From Eledone cirrhosa (lineage: Eukaryota), in contig OZ024743.1 in assembly GCA_964016885.1 (NCBI GenBank), forward strand, positions 345,216,001 to 345,280,000: a stretch of 64,000 nt of DNA, in the 5' to 3' direction. A program made the position numbers and the translations under genes. This document shows positions 1 through 12,515 of the stretch, one piece after another. The notes beneath the pieces were generated by a model. The model was not told where the DNA came from and did no database searches. It worked only from the letters and a program-made list of their open reading frames with translations. Position 1 is the stretch's first letter. Each line of letters starts with the position of its first letter.

Positions 1-806
1 TTCTTGTATGGATGTATATGAATGTAGCACGCACAGATGTGCGTGCATGTTAATGATACATGTGGGTGCGTGTGTGCAGACATTTCCACCATCTCTTCTC
101 ACCATACGGACATGAATGGACCCGTGTTTGCGCATGTGAGACTGTACGGATGTGTATGCGCATATGGGTATATACATATATATATGTATATGTATGTGTC
201 TGCACATTCAGGTATGTGAATGTGCATGTATGGTTGCGTACATATATGTGTATGTATGCACATGGGTATGTGAGTCTGCATGTTTGAATGTGCTTCTGCT
301 TCTGTGTGTATTCTTCACCCACTCTAATTTGTACTCTAAATTCTTATCTCACCCCGCTCCTTCCATTAAAGTAATAATTGATTTTCTTTCTTCATGCCTT
401 TTTATGATAAAACCTTCTTAAACTTCCCAGTATACTGCTGTGTGCCTGCGTGTAGGCAGAATGCATACATATTGTACACACACTTCATCACTGGTTATAT
501 ACCCATACAATCCGTTCTACCTATTTTAAATCCCTTATATTTTACCTATTTGATCCTATTTACTAATTTATTTAACCATTTGCTCTTTTACTTCTATATA
601 ACCCACTTTTAATTGTTAATTCTTCACTTAAAACATCACCTTAAGCCTATAAGCCCCATCTATAAATAGCTCTACCCTTCCTACCTCGACTCCGATAGCC
701 ACTATGCCCCTTCTCCTCCTACTCCATTCCTACCTACTAACTACCTCTACCCCTACCAACACTACTTCCTTTCCTGACCCCTTGCCTGATGTTATTTCTG
801 TTTACC

Positions 807-894
<88 letters not shown>

Positions 895-1432
895 TTACTT
901 ATATTCATATTTATATTAAGACCATATCAACCACTTGATTTTGTCTCTACGTCTACATTCATTGCTTTAGTGCTACTCTGCATGAGCTCATAACTTGTTC
1001 CACTGTCTATCTACCCTGGCAGACTAGACACTCAGGGTTATATGAGATTCGTATTTGAGGGCAGGAGATCATGGACAGATCTCAGGAGAAAACTAATGCT
1101 AAAAGGCGCCCTATGCGACATCTCAATCCAACTGATACACGTCCGGAGTACACCTTCCCACGTCATCCACCAGCCTTGTTATATCTACTGTCCTGCCAGG
1201 CAGGATCTTCTGGAATCCACATCTTTCTTTACCTCCTCTAAAATCAGATCTATTCTAATCTTCCCCCCCCCCCCCTCGCCTCTGACCACCGTTCCATTTT
1301 TGGTACACACATCCACTTATTATAGACCAGAGTATGTCTTTTCCTTTACTGCATCTACAACTTCAATGAGTCTCCATCTTCTGTTTGGTTTTATATATAT
1401 ATATATATAAACAGTATATATATATATATATA

Positions 1433-1801
1433 TTTCGTTTCTGAATTTGTTTAGCAAGATTCTTTATCTGAAATCGTGTGTTGAAACCGATATTGTTATA
1501 CTTTGGGAGGGTCATGTTGCGCAAACTGAGCACGCAACCCACACACAAACAAAATGGCGTAGGATAGAAGAAAGGAAAGGCACAGAAACGAAGAAAGAAA
1601 TCCCCAGTCACTGAAGAGGTCACAGAGTGTGTGACGAAAGAACTATGACTATATATATATAAACAACTATCTGGTTGTGGAACCAACCAACCAACCAGAA
1701 ATTTATAAATTTGTAAATTTATAAATATATAATAAATTAAATTGAAGTGAAAGCAACTGGTGCGTGTGTTTCTTATTGGCAACATGACCCTCCCAAAGTA
1801 T

Positions 1802-1808
<7 letters not shown>
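1433..1808 (+). mobile_element. Penelope-like fold-back element in (TA)n with hammerhead
   Basis: 30-bp perfect inverted arms TATTGTTATACTTTGGGAGGGTCATGTTGC (1491-1520 / 1779-1808). The left arm has a ~58-nt unpaired extension (1433-1490). Internal HHR motif and AATAAA; (TA)n on both sides. A related fragment lies at ~46500-46545. Confidence 0.7.
1606..1650 (+). ncRNA. Minimal type I hammerhead ribozyme motif
   Basis: AGTCA-CTGAAGA-G-GTCACA(gagtg)TGTGAC-GAAA-GAAC-TA-TGACT: 5-bp stem I, CUGANGA core, 6-bp stem II, GAAA, minimal stem III, UA cleavage site. Confidence 0.75.
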
Positions 1809-1845
<37 letters not shown>

Positions 1846-1877
1846 AGTATATATATATATATATATATATATAAACA

Positions 1878-1925
<48 letters not shown>

Positions 1926-1926
1926 A

Positions 1927-1960
<34 letters not shown>

Positions 1961-1961
1961 A

Positions 1962-2016
<55 letters not shown>

Positions 2017-2017
<1 letters not shown>

Positions 2018-2136
2018 CAAAGAGGGTGTGGTATAAGATACCAGGTGGACCATAACGCACCAGTGTACTCAATTCTTAGGGTAATAGAGTGGGTAAAAGG
2101 AAAAGAGTCAGGACCCCGACGGCTGAGCTCCAGCCA
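2017..2136 (-). mobile_element. Family A TA-nested element, copy 1 (tail side only, no second arm)
   Basis: Shares GGACCATAACGCACCAG-GTACTCAAT-CTTAGGGTA-TAGAGTGGGT...CCCCGACGGCTGAGCTC with five other copies; flanked by (TA)n. Confidence 0.8.
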
Positions 2137-2153
2137 ATATATATATATTTATA

Positions 2154-2510
2154 TGTAATCAAGGTATAGCAAATAGAGAAAAAGTTTTAAAATAAATTTT
2201 AAAAAGTTTACTGTACTTCCTATATTTACCCTTACCGCGCGATTTCAAGTCTTAAAATAAATGGATAATCCATGCGGATCACCATTGAGAAGGAGACTCT
2301 CATCAGAGGGTTCTTCTCACTCTGAGAATATAAAATTCCTGAGTTCAAATCACGAACTGGCGCCATACAGAACTGTTCCCGGATGAGAGTGGATGATAAA
2401 GAAACAATGTTGTCTAGTGCCGTGTGTAAAGATAGAAGACAAGGGCGGAAGGTCAATGTCCTGCCACTAGAAATAGCAGCAGTTAAAACGACCAAAATGT
2501 TATCTCGACC

Positions 2511-2513
<3 letters not shown>
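2154..2513 (-). mobile_element. 5'-truncated PLE-like 3' UTR in (TA)n carrying a hammerhead
   Basis: Unique ~360-bp block between TA tracts, with an HHR motif on the minus strand. Confidence 0.6.
2228..2311 (-). ncRNA. Type I hammerhead ribozyme motif with long loop 2
   Basis: Minus strand: ACCCT-CTGATGA-GAGTCT...(~40 nt)...AGACTT-GAAA-TCGCGCG-GTA-AGGGT. GUA cleavage triplet; near-palindromic stem III. Confidence 0.75.
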
Positions 2514-2546
<33 letters not shown>

Positions 2547-2548
<2 letters not shown>

Positions 2549-2724
2549 GAAGGAGGTGTGGTAAAGAACCAGATGGACCATAATGCACCAGAGTACTCAA
2601 TACTTAGGGTAGTAGAGTGGGTAATAGGAAAATGCTTAACCCCGACGGCAGAGCTCAAGCCGTTTCGACGGCTATATCTGGAATAGTAACTTGAGCTCTG
2701 CCGTCGGGGTTAAACATTTTCCTA
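2547..2724 (-). mobile_element. Family A fold-back element, copy 2
   Basis: Arms 2625-2659 / 2690-2724 (TAGGAAAATG-TTAACCCCGACGGCAGAGCTCAAG); ~78-nt unpaired tail at the left; TA/CA flanks. Confidence 0.85.
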
Positions 2725-2735
2725 TACACACACAT

Positions 2736-2840
<105 letters not shown>

Positions 2841-2850
2841 TATATATATA

Positions 2851-3687
2851 TATCACAGAAAAAAAGAGAATCAGTTTGCGACGAAAGGAATTTATTGCAC
2901 ATATTACAGCTGTTTCTCGGGCGACCAGCTCAGGGCACGATCGATATGGTGATCACACCTGACTCTGAAATCAACACGGTCGTCAGATACGTCTCGATTC
3001 TATGAAGCAGATTTTACCTTAGTCCTTTAACACCGAATTTCTTCGTTTGTTGATTTAGATCCTGTTGTCATTCCATGAGTGGTCAAGAATTGTACACGTC
3101 ACCGGTATTTCTAGCCATTCATGGTTGTTCACTTCTTGCTTCCTCTCGTTCTCCACCTGTTAATCAACATTTCTTCATGTATCAGAATTACTACTGTGGT
3201 GGGAAAGGGGCTGTAATCTTAAACGGCTGGCATCACTTCCACGTCTTTATTGCCCCTAGGCGCCTTAGTCTACATCGGTCAGGTACACACCCGCAATTAT
3301 GCTGTATGCGGCATTCATCATAAATAATGTTTTGCGGGAATTTAAAAAAACAAACAAATCCTGGGGATATTTAGCGTAACATTTGTAGGACACAGCCTTA
3401 GGATACACTCCGCCATACATATTTCAAAAAGAAAAGGAAAAGGAAAAAGAAAGAACCTGAAGCAAGAACGTTTTTTAAAAAGCCGTGTTGATTTCAGAGT
3501 CAGGTGTGATCACCATATCGATCGTGCCCTGAGCTGGTCGACCGAGAAACATTTGTAATATGTCCAATAAATTCCTGTCGTCGCAACACTGATTCTCTTT
3601 TTTTTTTGTGATATCATACTCTGCTCTACGAGGGCATTGAGTGCTCATACGGCCTACCGCATACGGACGCTTTAAGCATCCAACACC

Positions 3688-3690
<3 letters not shown>
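2851..3690. mobile_element. Family B fold-back PLE-like element
   Basis: ~130-bp inverted arms 2853-2979 / 3483-3613. The right arm has a 77-nt tail (3614-3690). The left arm ends at GTGATAT|ATA into (TA)n. Confidence 0.75.
2899..2992 (-). ncRNA. Hammerhead-like motif (weak stem II)
   Basis: Minus strand: ACGTAT-CTGACGA...(~63 nt)...GAAA-CAGCTG-TA-ATATGT, then AATAAA. 6-bp stem I and palindromic stem III, but stem II closure is non-canonical. Confidence 0.5.
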
Positions 3691-3756
<66 letters not shown>

Positions 3757-3760
<4 letters not shown>

Positions 3761-4160
3761 CGAAACATAAGTCAATTGCATGAACTCATAATCCTTTATT
3801 TACTGCTAAATATATTTCGATGATAGCCATTGAATGGCTATGACCTCATCAGGCAGTTAGCCAGTTCTTAGTTATGCCAGCTCTGTGTTTATGGTATTGA
3901 TAGTATCAGAGCCTTGTGACATATGAGCTTGTTAGGAATAATTTAATGTTGTCAGCAGGAATAATCTTAATTCTCATTGGTCAGCTTGTAGATGCTAGTA
4001 GGGTTGGTATTTGACCTCAAAGAGGCAGGTGGTGTTGTAAAGTTCAAACCATTAGGCAAGATGACAATAGTTCCATATGACTGATTTTCACAAAAAGCTT
4101 TCCTGGTCAGATATATATTCAATTGAGGTTTATAGTATGAAATTCGATACTACAGGTCAT
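3757..4160 (-). mobile_element. Penelope-like element 3' end
   Basis: Minus strand reads ISYYKPQLN (resembles the PLE GIY-YIG C-terminal P-x-LN motif, ~4145-4118), then UTR, HHR, AATAAA, a short tail and (TA)n. Confidence 0.6.
3802..3857 (-). ncRNA. Type I hammerhead ribozyme motif
   Basis: Minus strand: ACTGC-CTGATGA-G-GTCATAGCCATT(c)AATGGCTATCATC-GAAA-TATATT-TA-GCAGT. Palindromic AAATATATTT at stem III. Confidence 0.65.
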
Positions 4161-4164
4161 TCTT

Positions 4165-4462
4165 AAATTGAGGAATTTGTGTGGGGTGGTACTACTGGAA
4201 ATTATGGTTAGAGTAGAATACTAGAAAATTTACATATAAAAAGACTTATGTTGGTTGACTTGCACATTACATTCACACCCATCGCCACAGACACACACAC
4301 ACATCCACACATACAAATTGAGGAATTTATGTAGGGTGATAATACTGAAAAATATGGTTAGAGTCAAATACTTAGAAAGTTTACAAATAAAGACTTATGT
4401 TGGTTGACTTGTACATACACTCACACCTGCCCCCACAGACACACACACACATCTACACACAC
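4165..4462. repeat. ~150-bp tandem duplication
   Basis: AAATTGAGGAATTT...AAAGACTTATGTTGGTTGACTTG...CCACAGACACACAC occurs twice (4165-4314, 4315-4462), diverged. Confidence 0.85.
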
Positions 4463-5043
4463 AAAACCATACAGGTGTGTATATATATGTATGTACGCAC
4501 AAATGCATACGTATATACAACAGAGGCCCCCGAATCCAAGTATAAGGCAGACATAAAACTAGGTGGGTGTTATTTTTAAAGAAAATTAAAGTAGGTGTTT
4601 GGAAAAGTTATTGTTTAGACTAGACAAAGTAGAGTGTGATATATATCTTCACAGCAATAGCTTGGGGGCTTTGGAGCTTAGGCGAATCCCTTAGTACAGA
4701 CACACATACCCACCCCCACTTTTATACCTCTGGATGCGTGTGTATGTCTATATACACATGTGCACTCATACAAGAGAGCATATACAAATATAGTTAAGCA
4801 TATACTCGAACATTTTTCAAATGCAACCTGGGGTATTAGTATTTCGTTGCGTTCACATGAGTGTGTACATTCACGCAGTCCTAGTATACACACACAATGC
4901 ACGGTTGCGGGCACTTATTCATGCGTATAGGGTTAGTACCTTAGGATAATTGTTGTTCCTGTGTGGGCCATCCCCAGGAGGGGGGGGGGGCAGGTTCAAT
5001 AAACGTGATTTTGCTGACTCCTAACCAGTAGAGGATCCGGTGG

Positions 5044-5153
<110 letters not shown>

Positions 5154-5497
5154 AAGAATAGATATTCATATATAGTAGATATTTCAACAGTCGGATGCAG
5201 ATGGAAAACAATAAAGCACATCTCATACAATACGGTCTCTGTATTTTCTTTCTTTTTTGTACATCTTTTTCCTATTTCCTTAATGTTTATTGCGACTTCC
5301 TTGAGTGCTATTTAAATGTATTTGTTATGTGTTTGGTGCCAATGTGTTCTATTTCGTCCGCAGTACACTGTTTTACTGACGCTAGATTCAGGAATTAAAA
5401 TGCAAGCATTTATGGGAATTATCAAAACAGCGTAAACCTTATAACATCATATGTTATCCTGCTGCTATTGTTCTTGCAATTTCCTGTTCCTTGCTCG

Positions 5498-5534
<37 letters not shown>

Positions 5535-5553
5535 GAATATATATATATACATA

Positions 5554-5626
<73 letters not shown>

Positions 5627-5830
5627 TTTATACTTCAAAAAGCAGAAACGACAAGTCTAATTAGCAAATTTCAGCTACAAACCATTAATGGCACTTTGAA
5701 AATATGTAAAACATTCGAGAAGTATAGCATTAAATAAATACATACACACAGATAAGGTTATACATATATATATATATATACGTGAATTAAGACATACAAA
5801 TTCACACATGCAGTGACTTTCATGATTCCA

Positions 5831-5885
<55 letters not shown>

Positions 5886-6607
5886 CTGTGTGTTTGTGTA
5901 TATATGCATACATACATATATACAAACGTAAGTACATACAATCATTCTCATCACATAAACACATATACGTTTATACATATACGATGTGAAATTACTTAAA
6001 ATCCGTGGCCGTGATGCAAAGAATTCTGTTTCGCAATCACGTAGTTTTGTGTTCAGTAACACTGAGTGGCTCTATATATATATCAATATATGTATTGTTG
6101 TGTACGCCTGTGTGTTTGTTTATGTTCCATAACCAGACTTTAAAAAATTATATGTACTAGTGTCAATATCATCAACTAAATACCTTCAAGGCAGTGCCCC
6201 AGCTTGGTCTCTACTAATTAATTAATCCAATAAATAAATATTTCATGAATGAAGATATGTATTAGTTTCTAAATGCGAGTGCGATTGAGGCCTATGCCAT
6301 AAATGTATGTATGAATAAAGGGTCTTTCTCCCGTTCAAACATCATATACGTACTTCAAACCAAAGATATTTATACCTGATCTTGACGTCGAATAGAATAA
6401 ATAGTTATCCATTTTCTTTTTAATCAACTGAACTATCAACTGAATGTATGGCACTATAAGTGGCCAAGCCCTTTACATGTATTCTATAGATTTTTAAAAT
6501 GTACTCGCCAGGCATATTCAGCGCAAGAAGATCGAGAACGTAAAATCAATCCACTCTACGTTGCAGCATTGAGTACCTTCTTTTGCTTAATTGTATCTCA
6601 CCCTATA

Positions 6608-6638
<31 letters not shown>

Positions 6639-6695
6639 GTGTGTGTGTGTGGGGGGGGGGGTGCGTGTGTGTGTTTGTGAGCGTGTATGTGTGTA

Positions 6696-6726
<31 letters not shown>

Positions 6727-7745
6727 GCGCATATGTATTTGTGTGTGTTCGTGTGTGCACGTGTGTGGGATTGAAGCATTAAAATCGTTTACTTGTCTCT
6801 TTTTGTTTGAATATTGCTGCTCTCTAGTCAGATACACAGCCTTACTGTTGTTAAACAATAAATGGCTGTTTTATTGCTGAAGATGACAGAAAACATTTAA
6901 ATGTTTCGTAATAAGTAAGGATTATAGTGTTGCTACCATATGTTCTAAGCACCACTGGAAGCATTTATGACATTACATGTTTCCTGGACATGATATAAAA
7001 CACAGAACTTTTGATGTGCGTACATTTGAAACAGAATATGCACAGAATGGCTGACAATATATTAGACCGCATCCATGCTGAAAGAAATGCATTGGAAATG
7101 GCCTGTTGAGTATGTTTTGGATGCCTGTATTGGATATCCCAGTGAGAAATAGATATTGGATAAAACAGAATTTCTTTTTATAATAGCATTATCTTTCTCT
7201 CTCTCTCTCCCTCTCTCTCTCGGTCTCTCTCTTCCTCTCTCTCTTTCTTTCTCTCTTTCTCTCTCTATTAAGGTAATTATTATTTTATATATTTTAGAAT
7301 GTTCTTATTTATTTCTTTTCCACAGAAACAATCATCCAATAGTCATTTTCTATTTTTTATTTTCGAATCTCGGTAATAAAACTGAAAGCTATTGATTGGG
7401 GCAGAGACAATTTTTTTTATCTACACATACACACACTTATACACAATCACACAAATAAACACAAACTTATACAAAATGAACGCACAAAGAAATATACCAA
7501 AATACACACATACATGCATTAATTGGTGACAGATTGGAACTACAGCTTTTACGAAATAAACAAATAAAGATATAGCTGTACATATTGTATTGAATACTCT
7601 TTCCTCTTTATACACTCCAGCACTTACATACATACCAAACATACACATTGATTCATATATACATATCCATCATTACACACACACACACATACATACATAC
7701 TTACACATACATACATACATACATACATACATACATACATACATA

Positions 7746-8292
7746 CATGGTAGCTGCCAACTCGTTTTCAAGTACGGCCACTACTTTATATCCATGTAGG
7801 AGAACCCCTACCGATGCGCTGAACGAGTGTGACTTTTTAGTCCAGCCAGCGACTTGAAAACCCTGGTACAAACACTACACTTGTGACAATTATTGACACA
7901 TAGTGCTGGGCCCATGGTACCATGTGACGACAAGTGCAGAGAGATCTCCAGATATAAAGCAATGCCTGTGCCGTGAAGCTTTTATAGTGAGCAAAGGCAC
8001 TGCACAAAGCCAGTCCCACTCTCTTAAACAAGTTGATATTTACCAAAACGAAGAACAAGTCAACTGGCAAACCCACCAAGTTTTCTTGGTGAGGAGGGTG
8101 ACTTTGGACATCCTGCAGGAATAAAAACAAAACCTGTCAAAGGGCAAAGGAGCTCTTAAGAGTCAATGGCCATCCAAAATCACCGGGAGAGATGACCCCT
8201 TACCCTTTGTCAAGGCAGAATTCTAGGAAAAATCTAGGAAAAATCAAGGAAAAATCTGATGTAACATCTGCAACCCTGATGGTATCCAATGA
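7746..8292 (-). mobile_element. RTE-derived non-autonomous retroelement with 5' inversion
   Basis: 7746-8064 is the reverse complement of 62266-62587 (C2H2-like CSVCTRVFKSLAGLKSH-R end, (ATGT)n tail). 8062-8292 is the inverted 5' part and partly matches 52025-52145. Confidence 0.75.
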
Positions 8293-8315
8293 CATACACA
8301 CATACATACACACCT

Positions 8316-8615
8316 GTCTAAGTCTAAAATCTAAAGTCTCTCCCAAGCCTTGAGGTTCATCAAACCGGTGCTTATCCCGGTTTCCATGGCGTTAAGCGAC
8401 CGAGAGTACAATACTCCTGCCCTCTGGATAGGACGCCAGTCCATCGCAGGGTTAAACTCCAAGCTATTGCTAGTACTCATTATTAGTTGAGTATACTGGA
8501 GCCACATGAAATGAAGTATTTTGCTCAAGAACACAACACACAACCCAATTCAGGAATTGAACCGACAACGTTATGGTCATAAGCCCAACACCCTTACCAC
8601 TAATCCACACGCTTC
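8316..8615 (-). mobile_element. tRNA-derived SINE with V-domain-like core
   Basis: Reverse complement of 8769-9057; CCTGCGATGGACTGGCGTCCTATCCAG motif; (TTTAGAC)n tail. Confidence 0.75.
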
Positions 8616-8768
8616 CATACATACACACATACATGCATATAATTGTAATAACACTATTACTGAGTGTTAGAATATTGCAATATTGCGATTCTCCACTTTG
8701 ATAGTTTGCCATTAAAATTCGAATACTCCGAATAAGAATTCGATCTGTTGCAGTCTACTCTATGTCTA

Positions 8769-9057
8769 TGTGGAGGCACGTGGCCTAGTGGTAAGGGTGT
8801 TGGACTTATCATAATGTTGTGGGTTCTATTCCTGGGTGCCGTCTTTTGTTCCTGAGCATAACACTTCATTTTACGTTGCTCCAGTATACTCAGCTGTAAA
8901 TGAGTACCAGCAATAGCTGGGGGTTTAACCCTGCGATAGACTGGTGTCCTGTCCAGGGGGAAGTCTTGTACTCACAGTTGCTTCATGCCATGAAACCGGG
9001 ATAAGCAACGGCCAAATGAGCTTTCTAGGTTACGACAGATTTTTTAGACTTTAGACT
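8769..9057 (+). mobile_element. tRNA-derived SINE with V-domain-like core
   Basis: A-box-like GTGGCCTAGTGGTAAG, B-box-like GGTTCTATTCC, CCTGCGATAGACTGGTGTCCTGTCCAGGGG, (TTTAGAC)2 tail. Confidence 0.8.
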
Positions 9058-10385
9058 CTATGTCTACCTCTTTTGAATAATCCAAATAACACAGAAAGAA
9101 GAAAGCAGGACTCAAGAAGAGACTAAGGAAACATTTTATGGATGAATCACGACAGGTTTTAAAACTGACCTGCTAACAATGTTAGAAGTACAGAGGAAAT
9201 TGTGAGTGCCCCTTATAATGCAGAACACAGATATAACACCGAATTAAGGAAAAATATTAAATGTTGATTTTGGTGTTAGAGAAATAAAATTTAACGAAAC
9301 TAGATTGTTTTGGAAACGATTACCAAATAATTTTTATTTCGCAAAGAAATAAAATAAAACACATCCTGAAATTGCAGGGCTGACGGTCAAATCGCGCAAG
9401 TCTGATTACCTTTGAGAACATTGTAAGGAATGTCAAAAAATTGCGTGACTCACATGTAAACCTCGTTGATGAAGTCATTTAAATTTTGAGCAGAATTACA
9501 CATATTACACATTTTACACAGTCAAATAAAAACAGATGAAGTTAGGATACAAACTAGAGATTTACTAATTAAGGAACGAATCGGTAGAACATTTGAATCA
9601 ATGCACTCAACATTTAGTTCGTGGTCTTTACGTAATGAGTTCAAACCTCAACGAGATTAATATTGACTTACAATCTCCTGCGGATGATAATATAACCACT
9701 AGGGCTGATTTAATATTCCTCTAACGCATTGTACAGTATAGAGAAAGTCAGAAGTCAAGCTGAAATTGCACTTAAATGCTATAAGATCATGTGCTAGTAG
9801 CGGAATAAAGAAATTTCGAAACAAATATCTATTTGACATTATTTAAACAAAAAGACAGTAAAAACGATTGCTTTTTTTGTCATATGTTGATTCAACTCAA
9901 TGAACTTGATAATCGCAAAACTTCGTGTATTTCTGCCTTTATTTATATCGACTTTCATACGTTTTTTCTTTAGTAAAGTTTTTCAGTAATTTTAGAAAAT
10001 CTGGTTTATTTTTAATGGTTAGGCATCAATCAACTGTCTACATCTACTTATTGTTTCAGATACAGTAATGATCATGCGGTACGTATTACACTGCACATAA
10101 TATAATATAATATAATATAATATAATATGGTATAATATAATATAATATAATATGGTATAATATAATATAATATGATATATGATAATATAATATATGATAA
10201 CATATAATATATATATGTGCGTGTGTGTGAGTGTGTGTGTGTTTGTATCATCATCATCATCATAATCTATCTTCCCATGCTTACATGGGTTAGACAAATC
10301 GTCCCCGATATGAGATATGACTGGCCAGTGGGCGCGCCGTACCCTGCTCACAAAGAAAGCGTATTTCGGGAGCTATATATTACAT

Positions 10386-10445
<60 letters not shown>

Positions 10446-11926
10446 ACGGTCACACACACATACACACAAATGACGACGATGCGACGATGGTGATGATAAT
10501 GACGATGATAATAATGAAGATTTTTTCCAGGGCCTATAGAAGCCTGCAAAATGCTTTTCCTTTCATAACGCTGAAAACATATTCCTGTCTACCGGTTACT
10601 CACATTTCCCAATATCGTTCCACTTCATACCATTGAACCAATAATCCTTACAATTAACACCAGTATTACTGCCTTTAAATCGCGTAATACCATTTACAAT
10701 GAAGACTGAAACAACTCTACATCTTATATTCTTATACTACCTCCAACAAAAACTAATAACTACGAATTCCAACATATCTACAAGGCCAATCCTAACACTA
10801 TCATGGTATTCATCAATCATGTACTCACCACACACCATTCCCTTCACCGAAAGAATGAAGCCAAACACCAATATTATCACCCAGTAATCAACAGTAGCGG
10901 TATTTTCCCCGGTCAAAGTTATCACCATCACTATTTTACCACCAATCAAGAATATCCATAGCTCCGTCAAATACTGCTATAAGCATTATCCGTGCCAAGG
11001 AGAGAATCTCTAGATGGACGCCAAATTCGCTATGAGTTGAAATTAAACCCCACTAGAATCATTGACTTGCATCAGTTAAAAATGGAGCATGAGGTACTTT
11101 GTTGTACGAATTTAGCACAAAAATGAAAGACAGGGTGGGCGTAACTGATATGCGTTTGATCATATGCCTGTTTCATTAGAGTTGACCTGGGGGCTAACCA
11201 ATAACCACAGTAGCCCCACTCCTATCGATAGTTATTATGACGTTTGCACTCATCCTCAACAAATCCACACTTACATCAGCATCCATATCCCCATTATTTT
11301 TAGACATAAACTAAACATCACTGTTGTAAGTAACGCTAACACCAAGAAAAAGCATTCCCAACAAAATATCACGTACATATAATATCAGAAAAACCACCAC
11401 CACCAACACTGCATCTACAAAAATGACCAATGACTTTACTAACATTACCACCGTCACCACCATTACTACAAGCAACACATTCACCAACACCAACTTTCAT
11501 ATCACGGGCAACATCACTACAACAACCAACAGAACCATCAACACTTTTACAATAACACATAAACACTACGATATATATCCACCGCCAACATCAGATCCAC
11601 AAATCGCTGATATCAAAATCCATTGCTCTAAAATGGTTAGATGACTTGATGGAATGTGCATTCCGCCGATTGATATTTCCCGCCCATTCGAAAGCATCCT
11701 AGCAGAAATATATTTACGGTAAGTGCCATCTTGGTAGTCTGACCTGGAGAAGGAGTCTGAGAAAAACCGGAAGTCTAGAGATGGGATTTTCAAAAGAGAA
11801 GAGAAATTCCCTGTTCCCTGCTTGACATACAGATGCATCATTCCATATCCAGTTATGTCTTCCTGAGTCTCCTTTTTTATTTAAATATCTATTTAAATAC
11901 ACATATACATGCAAATATATGAATAT

Positions 11927-12006
<80 letters not shown>

Positions 12007-12007
12007 C

Positions 12008-12053
<46 letters not shown>

Positions 12054-12063
12054 TATAAGTATG

Positions 12064-12112
<49 letters not shown>

Positions 12113-12145
12113 AAGTGTATATATATATATATATATAGGTATAAG

Positions 12146-12218
<73 letters not shown>

Positions 12219-12333
12219 ATTTGCAAAACAGGAAAAAGAGGAAGATTTATATCATATACCGGTAAGGTGAAAAGGAGAATCTTTACCATTAAAGGCGCGT
12301 AATCATACATACATGCATATATGCATATATATA

Positions 12334-12382
<49 letters not shown>

Positions 12383-12386
12383 ATAT

Positions 12387-12444
<58 letters not shown>

Positions 12445-12475
12445 TTATATGTATATATCTATGCATGTATGTAAG

Positions 12476-12515
<40 letters not shown>

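Noticed and set aside
1491-1808. DNA-transposon MITE interpretation of the 30-bp inverted repeats
   Set aside because: The asymmetric tail, hammerhead and AATAAA fit a PLE-type retroelement better, though a MITE is not formally excluded.
5372-5437. Hammerhead-like GTTTTA-CTGACGC...CAAAA-CAGCG-TAAAC
   Set aside because: Both core boxes are mismatched; too degenerate to call.
6871-6913. CTGAAGA...GAAA motif with flanking TTATTG/TAATAA
   Set aside because: No stem II; at best a decayed remnant.
8769-8840. tRNA gene at SINE heads (also 24925, 27435, 42547)
   Set aside because: A/B boxes are present but there is no cloverleaf, and each continues into a SINE core and tail.
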